A stretch of 39,365 nucleotides of DNA from Candidatus Parcubacteria bacterium (GTDB lineage Bacteria > Patescibacteriota > Minisyncoccia > Phycocordibacterales > PALSA-1337): contig JAXDMJ010000046.1 of assembly GCA_034666165.1 (NCBI GenBank), positions 1 through 39,365 on the forward strand. The letters run 5' to 3'. Numbering within the stretch: position 1 is the first letter of the stretch; every line of letters starts with the position of its first letter. The notes under the pieces were generated by a model, which was not told the DNA's origin, did no database searches, and saw only the letters and a list, made by a program, of their open reading frames with translations. The position numbers and the translations under genes are program-made. Positions 1 to 7,497 of the stretch are shown here, in pieces.

Positions 1-11
1 TCATGGGCTAC

Positions 12-35
12 AAAAAAGGCGACCGTTAGGCCGCC
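12..35 (-). terminator. Rho-independent terminator after the 57..404 gene
   Basis: The minus strand reads GGCGGCC-TAAC-GGTCGCC, a 7-bp stem with one G.U (plus coords 29-35 / 18-24). It is followed by TTTTTT (17-12), about 20 nt past the stop codon at 57-59. Confidence 0.6.
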
Positions 36-56
36 GAGAATCGAGCAGCGTGGTGA

Positions 57-404
57 TCAGGCTTTCAGAGTCCTTTTTGCCGGAATGTAGGTTGCCAGAG
101 TGGCTTCCATAAAGAGGTCGAGTGGCGGATCTTTCAAGTCGCGCAATATGCCGACGATCGCATCGCCCTCCAACGGCTCCGTTGTCTGGACGATAATATA
201 TGGTGACTGTATTCCGCACAGATTCACGGTAGTGCAATTCGGGTGGCATACGATCTTCGTATCCTCGTTAATGAGCTTCCAAAGCGCGTTTTCCTCGAAT
301 ACTCTCACAGCTTCCTGTATCCAGGCGACGACCTGGACCCTTATCTGTTCTGTCCGATGCTCGAATCCGACAATGTGAACTATGTTCATACTTTTTTCTT
401 TCAT
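57..404 (-). CDS. Small hypothetical protein (115 aa)
   Basis: The open frame is 57..464. I place the start at ATG 404 (MKEKSMNIVHIVGF..., preceded by AAGGGGCAGG) because the longer ORF-track start falls inside the clpP promoter region. ATG 389 is an alternative. No family recognised by eye. Confidence 0.5.
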   Translation of the reverse strand: MKEKSMNIVHIVGFEHRTEQIRVQVVAWIQEAVRVFEENALWKLINEDTKIVCHPNCTTVNLCGIQSPYIIVQTTEPLEGDAIVGILRDLKDPPLDLFMEATLATYIPAKRTLKA

Positions 405-428
405 CCTGCCCCTTTTTTGGAGCAGCGC

Positions 429-457
429 TTGCAAAAAACTAGCATATAATGTATTAT
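429..457 (+). promoter_or_regulatory. Candidate sigma70-type promoter of clpP
   Basis: TTGCAA (429-434) - 17 nt - TATTAT (452-457). A second perfect TATAAT sits at 445-450. The leader to ATG 494 is about 36 nt. Confidence 0.4.
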
Positions 458-493
458 GTGTCAATCAATGCGTAAGAAAGTGCACCGAATCCC

Positions 494-1075
494 ATGCTTA
501 TACCAACCGTCATCGAAAAATCCAGCTTCGGCGAGCGCGCCTATGACATCTATTCGCGTTTGCTCAAAGATAATATCGTCTTTTTGGGCGGCCCGATCGA
601 CGACAATGTCGCCAATCTGGTCATTGCCCAGTTGCTTTTTCTGCAGTCCGAAGACCCCAAGAAAGAGATTTCCCTCTATATCAATTCGCCCGGCGGCCAG
701 ATCCACTCTGGCATGGCCATTATAGACACCATGCAGCATCTGAAGAATGACATTGCCACGTATTGCGTCGGTATGGCGGCTTCGATGGGTGCTGTCATAT
801 TGAGCTGCGGCACAAAGGGCAAGCGCTATGCTCTGCCAAATGCCGAGGTCATGATCCACCAGCCATCAGGCGGCACAGAAGGGCAGGCGGCCGATATCGA
901 GATCAGCGCCAAGCATATCGTTAAATTGCGCGGCAGTTTAAATAAGATTCTGGCGAAAACGACCGGCCAGTCAGTTTCCAAGGTGGAAAAGGACGTCGAT
1001 CGCGATTTTTTTATGGATGCCGAAGAAGCCAAGAAATACGGGATCATCGATCAGGTTATGATCTCAAAGAGATAG
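494..1075 (+). CDS. clpP: ATP-dependent Clp protease proteolytic subunit ClpP
   Basis: 193 aa. Family blocks are [19 protein letters not shown] and YINSPGG. The catalytic Ser context is GMAASMG, the His is in MIHQP, and the Asp is in DRDFFM. Confidence 0.97.
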   Translation: MLIPTVIEKSSFGERAYDIYSRLLKDNIVFLGGPIDDNVANLVIAQLLFLQSEDPKKEISLYINSPGGQIHSGMAIIDTMQHLKNDIATYCVGMAASMGAVILSCGTKGKRYALPNAEVMIHQPSGGTEGQAADIEISAKHIVKLRGSLNKILAKTTGQSVSKVEKDVDRDFFMDAEEAKKYGIIDQVMISKR

Positions 1076-1091
1076 CCCTACTATTTAGTGT

Positions 1092-1805
1092 ATGCGTCTT
1101 CATCGTTTCTTCATCTCGGAACGGATCGGCGCGAAAACGAAGCTTATTGTCCACTCGGCCGAACTCGTCAATCAGATCCGCCGCGTTTTTCGGCTGAAAA
1201 TCGGGGACTCGATCGTCGTTTTTGACAGCTCCGGCAAAGATTTCGAGTGCACTATTGACAGTTGGAGCGGTAAGAGTATTGTTCTCCACGTGGCTGCTCA
1301 AAAAAACAGCCGTTTTGGGGTCCAGCGAAACATTTTTCTCTGCGCGGCTTTGGTAAAAGGGGATCGATTTGAACGGATCGTCGAGAAATCGACCGAGCTG
1401 GGAGTGACCGATATTATGCCGGTCGCCGCGGAACGAGCCGAAAAGAAAGGTTTGAACATTGCGCGCCTGAAAAAGATCGCCGAGGAAGCAAGCGAGCAGT
1501 CGGGACGCGGAAATGTCCCGGCCCTTCACGCCGTAATGACCTTGCCGGTTTCCATCGATTTTTTGAGATCGCGCGGCGTCAAAAACATCGTAGCTTTTCA
1601 CACGGAAGGCGAGTTATTCGACGGCATGGAGGCCTCAAAAACGGCTCCCGTGGCTCTGTTTATCGGTCCGGAAGGCGGCTGGACGGAAGCCGAACTCGCA
1701 TTGTTTCACAATACACATATAGTAGTACGCTGTCTGGGCAGACAAGTTCTGCGTGCCGAGACGGCCGCCATTGCGGCCCTTTCCCTCATAATTTTTGGAA
1801 AGTGA
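1092..1805 (+). CDS. rsmE: 16S rRNA (uracil1498-N3)-methyltransferase RsmE
   Basis: 237 aa. N-terminus is MRLHRFF. C-terminal SPOUT motifs are GPEGGWTEAEL and LRAETAAIAAL. It starts 16 nt after the clpP stop. Confidence 0.9.
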   Translation: MRLHRFFISERIGAKTKLIVHSAELVNQIRRVFRLKIGDSIVVFDSSGKDFECTIDSWSGKSIVLHVAAQKNSRFGVQRNIFLCAALVKGDRFERIVEKSTELGVTDIMPVAAERAEKKGLNIARLKKIAEEASEQSGRGNVPALHAVMTLPVSIDFLRSRGVKNIVAFHTEGELFDGMEASKTAPVALFIGPEGGWTEAELALFHNTHIVVRCLGRQVLRAETAAIAALSLIIFGK

Positions 1806-1811
1806 CCAATT

Positions 1812-2900
1812 TCACTCTCGGTGGCGCTCCAGCCATTCGAAGACCTTTTCGTTTGAGAGGACGGTCTCGGCATAGACGGCCGCGCGCTCGCGATCGGCGT
1901 CTTTGTAATGCGCGAGGATCTGCGTGACTTCGTTTTCGATCTCTTGCACTGCCGGCTTTATGTTCTCCGCCCGAGCGATGGCATCCAAGATCAATTGAAG
2001 CTTAGCTTTTTTCTCGGCGTGCGGTCGCCATTCTTTGCGGATATCTTCGAGCGTCTTCTTCGAATGCTTCAAGTAGTCGTCTAGTTTGACGCCCATCTTT
2101 TCGATGTCCAATTTAAACTGCGCTTCGGTGCGGGCGAGCTCGCTTTCGACTGCGACCTCGGGCAGTTCGATGGTCGATCCGCCGGAGAGAGCATCGGCAA
2201 TGCGCAGACGAAGTTTTTCGCGGACTTCATCTTTCTTGTTCTCGCCGATCATCACGCGCACTTTTTGCTTGAAATCCTCGAGGTCTTTGAAATCGCCCAT
2301 GCCGCGGACGAAGTCATCGTTGAATTCCGGCAAAGAATCGAGTACGGCTTTCTCATGCTCTTCGGGAGACATCTCGTCATGGTCATGGCTTTCATGCGAG
2401 ACGCGCGCTTTGCGGATGCGCAGAATCGCAGCCTCGACATCGCTCTCCGTGACGGCCAGTTCATCCGGCGATGATTTTTTGAGTTCTGCCGCAGCTAATT
2501 TCCGGTAGTCGGGCAGTTTCACCTCCGGCACGACGGCCGTCACAGCTTTGAATTCGAGGGGATTGCCTGTCGCGAGTTTGGTTATGCGCACCTCCGGCTC
2601 TCCGATGGCGTCGATCGCGTGATCGGTCAGAATATCGATGTAGGCTTTTCGCAGAGCCAATTCGGCCATCTTTTCGCTGACGGCCGCCTGACCGACTTTG
2701 GCCGTCAAAATATTATCCGGGACCATGCCTTTGCGGAAGCCGTCGACGGTGAAGGTTTCATTCAGATGTTTCAGTGCCTGCGGACGGAATTTTTCCCAGA
2801 TCTCCGCAGGAATCGATCCCTCGATCTCGATGCGGGATTTATCGAGTTTATTAATGGAAACGCTGCCGTACGATTTTGACGGATCGGGAGATTCCGGCAT
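1812..2900 (-). CDS. tig: Trigger factor, short form lacking the PPIase domain
   Basis: 362 aa. The N-terminal ribosome-binding domain carries the GFRKGMVP signature. The C-terminal arm domain follows (LPEFNDDFVRGMG..., helical K/E-rich). Only about 24 aa (RVSHESHDHDEMSPEEHEKAVLDS, nt 2334-2405) sit where the ~100-aa FKBP domain is in E. coli TF. Confidence 0.85.
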   Translation of the reverse strand: MPESPDPSKSYGSVSINKLDKSRIEIEGSIPAEIWEKFRPQALKHLNETFTVDGFRKGMVPDNILTAKVGQAAVSEKMAELALRKAYIDILTDHAIDAIGEPEVRITKLATGNPLEFKAVTAVVPEVKLPDYRKLAAAELKKSSPDELAVTESDVEAAILRIRKARVSHESHDHDEMSPEEHEKAVLDSLPEFNDDFVRGMGDFKDLEDFKQKVRVMIGENKKDEVREKLRLRIADALSGGSTIELPEVAVESELARTEAQFKLDIEKMGVKLDDYLKHSKKTLEDIRKEWRPHAEKKAKLQLILDAIARAENIKPAVQEIENEVTQILAHYKDADRERAAVYAETVLSNEKVFEWLERHRE

Positions 2901-2914
2901 GGGGCCAGTCTACA

Positions 2915-3274
2915 TTAAAAGTTTTGCGCGTCCAAGCCGCTGGTCGATTTATCCAGATCGTTTTGAAGCGATTGCGGGTCATCTGCCGAATTGCTGACTT
3001 CCGGAACTGTGTCTGTGGCAGTCGATTCCCCCGCGGCGATCGTATCCGTGTCGGTCGGCGCCGGCTGCTGGTTTATCTTCGTGGCAAAGAAATACAGGCC
3101 GGCGATGATGAGGATGAGGATGACGACGAGCGCGGTAATGATCGGACCGACCTGTTTACGCTCGCTCGAAGCTCCGTCTGACGGTAAGGGTGCAGGAGAC
3201 GAGGAAGCGGCGCTAGGGCCGGCGGCCTTGATCTCTTGTTGCATATCCTTTTCTTTTGATTGGTCGTGCTCCAT
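2915..3274 (-). CDS. Small single-pass membrane protein, low-complexity ends
   Basis: 119 aa. One clear TM helix (GPIITALVVILILIIAGLYFFA) is flanked by S/A/P/T/D-rich segments. TATAAT (3281-3286, minus) lies 6 nt upstream of the ATG. The gene is 14 nt upstream of tig. Confidence 0.55.
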   Translation of the reverse strand: MEHDQSKEKDMQQEIKAAGPSAASSSPAPLPSDGASSERKQVGPIITALVVILILIIAGLYFFATKINQQPAPTDTDTIAAGESTATDTVPEVSNSADDPQSLQNDLDKSTSGLDAQNF

Positions 3275-3294
3275 GGCGTGATTATAGTTTTAAT

Positions 3295-4008
3295 TTAGGG
3301 GGTAGTCGTTGCCGAGGTCGTCGATGCGCTGATTTGCCCGATTTTAAGGCCCGTGGCATGGGCGATGGCCACAACTACATCGTTCAAAGCCCTGCGGGCC
3401 TCGTGAATGGCCTTGATGGCCAGAGCCCCAGCTAGACGCGGTCCGGTCAGGTCTACGCTGTCGCCGGCCGGCAGGGCAGCGGCAGTCGTAGAGCTGTTTG
3501 CCGCATCTGTCGTACTTGCCGTCTGCGCGCTCTGCGGCACAAGCAGGATGAGTGAGCTTATCGCCGTCTGGGCGACGGCCAATTTATCATCCGCGATGAT
3601 GAGAAACTTCTTGGCCTCGGACATGTCTCGGCCGCTTTGTTCGGCCTTTTCAATACGGGAATTGATGCGCCCTCTGATCTGGTGCAAATTAGTCAATGCG
3701 CGGTTAAGCTCTCCGATCAGACGGTTCTTTTGTCTTTCGAAAACCTCCTTTCGCGCATGAAGCGGTTTTCTCATCTCCTCTATCTTCAAGTTGCGGATTT
3801 CCTGATTGTTCTTGAGGTTCAGAATGCGATTCTCGTAATTCTGGCGGAATTTCCCGGAGATTGTACCGGCCTTCGAAGAAGAGGCAATCGTTTTCTCATG
3901 CCCGTTCCCCAGGCGCGCGTCTTCTGCGCGCGCCGAAGAAGAGATCCCGAAAACACAGGCGAGAAGCAGCGCCGAAGCGACAACAAAAATGCAATGAGAT
4001 TTATTCAT
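3295..4008 (-). CDS. Exported coiled-coil protein, unknown function
   Basis: 237 aa. N-terminal signal peptide MNKSHCIFVVASALLLACVFGISSSARA. The central region is a heptad-like K/E/R/N-rich helix and the C-terminus is A/T-rich. No family recognised. Confidence 0.6.
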   Translation of the reverse strand: MNKSHCIFVVASALLLACVFGISSSARAEDARLGNGHEKTIASSSKAGTISGKFRQNYENRILNLKNNQEIRNLKIEEMRKPLHARKEVFERQKNRLIGELNRALTNLHQIRGRINSRIEKAEQSGRDMSEAKKFLIIADDKLAVAQTAISSLILLVPQSAQTASTTDAANSSTTAAALPAGDSVDLTGPRLAGALAIKAIHEARRALNDVVVAIAHATGLKIGQISASTTSATTTP

Positions 4009-4101
4009 ACGGACGAGAATGTCGGAAAACGACTAAAGTATATCACAGTGTAATCGAGTAGAGGGATAGATTTAAAAAGGCCCATCGGGGTCAAATATCC
4101 A

Positions 4102-6126
4102 TTAAATCAGAAAAGCCACGATTAGGAGCGCCACGATGTTCAAGATCTTGATCATGGGGTTGATGGCGGGACCGGCCGTGTCTTTGAACGGGTCGCCCAC
4201 AGTATCGCCGGTGACCGCGGCCTTGTGGGCCTCGGAACCTTTGCCGCCGTGCGCGCCCTGCTCGATGTGTTTCTTGGCATTGTCCCAGGCGCCGCCGCCG
4301 GAAGTCATCGAGATGGCGAGAAAGAGCCCGGTCACGATGGAGCCGACCAGCATGCCGCCCAAAGCGACGGGGCCGAGTGCGGGAATGAAGCCGACGATGA
4401 TCGGAGCCAAAACGGGGATCAAAGCAGGGGCGATCATTTCCTTGATGGCCGCGCCGGTGACGATATCGACAGCGCGGGTATAGTCCGGCTTAGCCGTGCC
4501 TTGCATCAAGCCTTTGATCTCCCTGAACTGACGGCGGATTTCCTCAACGACTTTGCCGGCGGCTTTGCCGACCGCTTCCATGCAGAGAGCCGCGAAATAA
4601 TAAGGGAGCAGGCCGCCGATAAAAAGGCCGACGATCACGCGGGGGTCGCTCAAGCTGAAGACCAGGCCATGTGTGGCTTCGACATATGAAGCGAAGAGGA
4701 CCAAGGCGGCGAGGCCGGCGGAACCGATGGCATAGCCTTTGGTCACGGCCTTGGTCGTATTGCCGACGGCGTCCAAGGGATCCGTCACGTCCCTGACTTC
4801 TTGAGGCAAGTCCGCCATTTCGGCGATGCCGCCGGCGTTGTCAGTGATCGGACCGTAGGCGTCGATGGCGACGATTATCCCAGCCATGGAGAGCATGCTC
4901 ATGGCGGCCACGGCGATGCCGTACAATCCGGCAAAGTGATATGAGGCCAGAATGCCGGCCACGATGGTGATCAAGGGCCAAGCCGTAGCTTTCATTGAAA
5001 TGGCCAGACCTTGGATGATATTTGTGCCGTGACCCGAGACCGAAGCCAAAGCGATTGATTGCACCGGCGCATACTTGGTCGAGGTGTAATACTCCGTGAT
5101 ATAGACCAAAAGACCGGTAACGATCAGGCCGACGATCGTACAGCCAAAGAGATTAGCCACGCTGTAAGTGATGTTCGCTCCCATAATGGCCTTGGTCACA
5201 GGGTAGAAGGCGATTGCGGCAAGACCGCCGGCCACGGCTAGACCCTTGTACATGGCGCCCATGATATTTTTCGAGGGGCCGAGGCGCACGAACCAGGTGC
5301 CGATGATCGAAGCGATGATGGCGATGGCGCCGATAGCCAGAGGGTACACGACAGCGTTCGGGTAGACGGCCTTGAGCACGCCTTGCGGCGTATTCAGTGT
5401 GGACACAAAAGAAGTGGCTCCCAAGAGCATGGTGGCGATGGTCGTGACTGCGTAAGTTTCGAAGAGATCGGCGGCCATGCCCGCGCAGTCGCCGACATTG
5501 TCGCCGACATTGTCTGCGATCACGCCCGGATTTCTGGGATCATCCTCGGGTATGCCGGCCTCGACCTTGCCGACAAGATCAGTGCCGACGTCTGCGGCTT
5601 TGGTGAATATGCCTCCTCCCAGTCGCGCAAAGACTGAGATTAAGCTCGCACCGAAGGCCAGGCCGATGAGCGAATTTACGTCGCGCGTGATGGCGTAAAA
5701 ACCGCTCACCCCGAGGAGCGCCAATCCGACGACCAGAAGCCCAGTGACCGAACCGCCTTGAAAAGCCAGGGCCAGCGCCGGCGCCAGACCCGATCTGGCC
5801 GCTTCAGCCGTTCGGACATTGGCTCGGACGGAGACATTCATGCCGATGAATCCGGTCAGAGCCGAGAGTATAGCGCCCACCGCGAAACCGAGGGCGATCT
5901 TAATGTCCAGAGCCAGCCAGAGGATGACGAAAAGCACGGCGGCGATGAGGGTTATCGTGCGATACTGCCTGCTCAAATATGCCTTGGCGCCAGTTTGGAT
6001 GGCGGCAGCGATTTCTTTCATCTTGTCATTGCCCTCTGGTTTCTTGAGTATGACCGTTATGAGATAGGCGCCATAGGCGATGGCGATAACCGCCGCCGCC
6101 AAAGAGTAGATGATTATTGTATTCAT
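4102..6126 (-). CDS. hppA: Membrane-integral proton-translocating pyrophosphatase (H+-PPase), K+-independent-type signature
   Basis: 674 aa and polytopic. Hallmark blocks are [56 protein letters not shown] and [21 protein letters not shown]. The latter shows the GNTT-K-xx-T pattern. Confidence 0.97.
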   Translation of the reverse strand: MNTIIIYSLAAAVIAIAYGAYLITVILKKPEGNDKMKEIAAAIQTGAKAYLSRQYRTITLIAAVLFVILWLALDIKIALGFAVGAILSALTGFIGMNVSVRANVRTAEAARSGLAPALALAFQGGSVTGLLVVGLALLGVSGFYAITRDVNSLIGLAFGASLISVFARLGGGIFTKAADVGTDLVGKVEAGIPEDDPRNPGVIADNVGDNVGDCAGMAADLFETYAVTTIATMLLGATSFVSTLNTPQGVLKAVYPNAVVYPLAIGAIAIIASIIGTWFVRLGPSKNIMGAMYKGLAVAGGLAAIAFYPVTKAIMGANITYSVANLFGCTIVGLIVTGLLVYITEYYTSTKYAPVQSIALASVSGHGTNIIQGLAISMKATAWPLITIVAGILASYHFAGLYGIAVAAMSMLSMAGIIVAIDAYGPITDNAGGIAEMADLPQEVRDVTDPLDAVGNTTKAVTKGYAIGSAGLAALVLFASYVEATHGLVFSLSDPRVIVGLFIGGLLPYYFAALCMEAVGKAAGKVVEEIRRQFREIKGLMQGTAKPDYTRAVDIVTGAAIKEMIAPALIPVLAPIIVGFIPALGPVALGGMLVGSIVTGLFLAISMTSGGGAWDNAKKHIEQGAHGGKGSEAHKAAVTGDTVGDPFKDTAGPAINPMIKILNIVALLIVAFLI

Positions 6127-6132
6127 GCGGGC

Positions 6133-6161
6133 ATTTTAATTGAATATGTCAGAACGCGCAA
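6133..6161 (-). promoter_or_regulatory. Candidate promoter of hppA (leaderless geometry)
   Basis: The minus strand reads TTGCGC (6161-6156) - 17 nt - TAAAAT (6138-6133) - 6 nt (GCCCGC) - ATG (6126). The -35 abuts the nusA stop codon. Confidence 0.45.
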
Positions 6162-7346
6162 TTATGCACTGATGTCTGGCGCTTTTTCTTCTTCTTTCAC
6201 CTTTGGTTCCGCCTCGTCCAGGATATCCTCGTCCTCGACGGACTTGATGTCGATCTTCCAGCCGGTCAGTTTGGCCGCAAGGCGGACGTTCTGGCCGCCT
6301 TTGCCGATGGCGAGCGACTGCTCGTCCTCGGTCACGGTCACGATGGCGCGGTGCTCTTTTTCGTCCAGTTCAAGGGAGACGACTTCGGCAGGCGACAACG
6401 CTTCTTCGATGAAGAGCGCCGGGTCCTCGTTCCATTCGACGATGTCGATCTTTTCGCCGGAAAGCTCGCTGGTTACGGTCGAAACGCGCACGCCGCGCTG
6501 GCCGACCATCGAGCCGATGGGGTCAATGTGCGGATCATGCGAAACGACGGCCACTTTCGAGCGCGAACCGGCTTCGCGGGCAATGGCCTTGATCTCGACG
6601 GTGCCAGCGGCGATCTCGGGGGCTTCGGTTTCGAACAATTTAGCCAGGAATTTGGGGTGGGAACGGGAAAGTTTGAGGACGATACTCTTCGGCGTCTCTT
6701 CGACGGCGTATAGATACGCGCGGATGCGGTCGCCGGTCTTCCAGCGCTCGCTCGGTATCTGTTCCTCGTAGGGGATGACGCCGACCGCCCGTCCCATGTC
6801 GATATAGACAATGCCGCGCTCGACGCGCTCGACGATGCCGGCGACGATCTCGCCCTCGCGCTGGCCGTATTCGCTCATGACCGAAACTTTCTCCGCTTCG
6901 CGGATCTTTTGGATGATGATCTGCTTGGCGGTCTGGGCGGCAATGCGGCCGAAATCGGCTTTGGTCTCCAGAGGGAAGGTCAGCTCGTCTCCGACCTGCG
7001 CGTCCTTCTTGATTTTGCGGGCGTCTTCAAGGAGCATATGCTGTTCGGGATTGAAGCGGATCTTGATGTCTTCGACGTCTGCCTTTTTGAGTTCCTCGTG
7101 GGCCATTTCGACGTCGCCTTCCATGATGACCTGTTCGCGGTCAACTACGATCTTGACCTGCCAGAATTCAACCTGGCCGGACGACGAATCGAACGAAGCC
7201 CGGACGATCTGGCCCTTCTTGCCGTATTCCTTCTTATAGGCAGTGGCGAGCGCCATGGCAATGGCCTCGAGAGTCTTTTCGCGCGGTATGCCGCGCTCAT
7301 CTTCGAGCTGTTCGACGACGGAATTGATGACTTTTAGGTCAAACAT
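6162..7346 (-). CDS. nusA: Transcription termination/antitermination factor NusA
   Basis: 394 aa. It has the N-terminal RNAP-binding domain, an S1 domain (GEIVAGIVERVERGIVYIDMG) and two KH domains (GxxG: IGSMVGQRGVRV and IGKGGQNVRLA). The C-terminal tail is acidic and there are no AR1/AR2 repeats. Confidence 0.95.
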   Translation of the reverse strand: MFDLKVINSVVEQLEDERGIPREKTLEAIAMALATAYKKEYGKKGQIVRASFDSSSGQVEFWQVKIVVDREQVIMEGDVEMAHEELKKADVEDIKIRFNPEQHMLLEDARKIKKDAQVGDELTFPLETKADFGRIAAQTAKQIIIQKIREAEKVSVMSEYGQREGEIVAGIVERVERGIVYIDMGRAVGVIPYEEQIPSERWKTGDRIRAYLYAVEETPKSIVLKLSRSHPKFLAKLFETEAPEIAAGTVEIKAIAREAGSRSKVAVVSHDPHIDPIGSMVGQRGVRVSTVTSELSGEKIDIVEWNEDPALFIEEALSPAEVVSLELDEKEHRAIVTVTEDEQSLAIGKGGQNVRLAAKLTGWKIDIKSVEDEDILDEAEPKVKEEEKAPDISA

Positions 7347-7468
7347 GTTAGTTATTATTCAATTATTATTCGGTTGTTATTAAGTTTTGATTTGCTGACG
7401 CTCGCGACTTGATGTGACTTTCTGAACAAAAATGCCCGCCGGTGGGCGAACAGGTGCTTAATAAATGC

Positions 7469-7496
7469 ACTATATCATATGATATAATTGACGCAA
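7469..7496 (-). promoter_or_regulatory. Candidate nusA promoter, overlapping the pilB promoter
   Basis: The minus strand reads TTGCGT (7496-7491) - 16 nt - TATAGT (7474-7469). That leaves a leader of about 115 nt to ATG 7346. Confidence 0.4.
7471..7488 (+). promoter_or_regulatory. Extended -10 promoter of pilB embedded in a 16-bp perfect palindrome
   Basis: TGaTATAAT (7480-7488) lies 9 nt upstream of ATG 7498. TATATCATATGATATA (7471-7486) is a perfect palindrome spanning the -10 boxes of both divergent promoters. Confidence 0.45.
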
Positions 7497-7497
7497 C

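Noticed and set aside
1-249. An 82-aa minus-strand ORF reaching the left edge, and the plus-strand ORFs at 100..378 and 243..449
   Set aside because: All overlap the better-supported 57..404 gene in other frames. The minus-strand terminator at 12-35 lies inside the 1..249 ORF.
5758-6771. A 337-aa plus-strand ORF opposite hppA/nusA
   Set aside because: It is a shadow ORF across two conserved minus-strand genes. Its translation is Ser/Arg-rich with no motifs.
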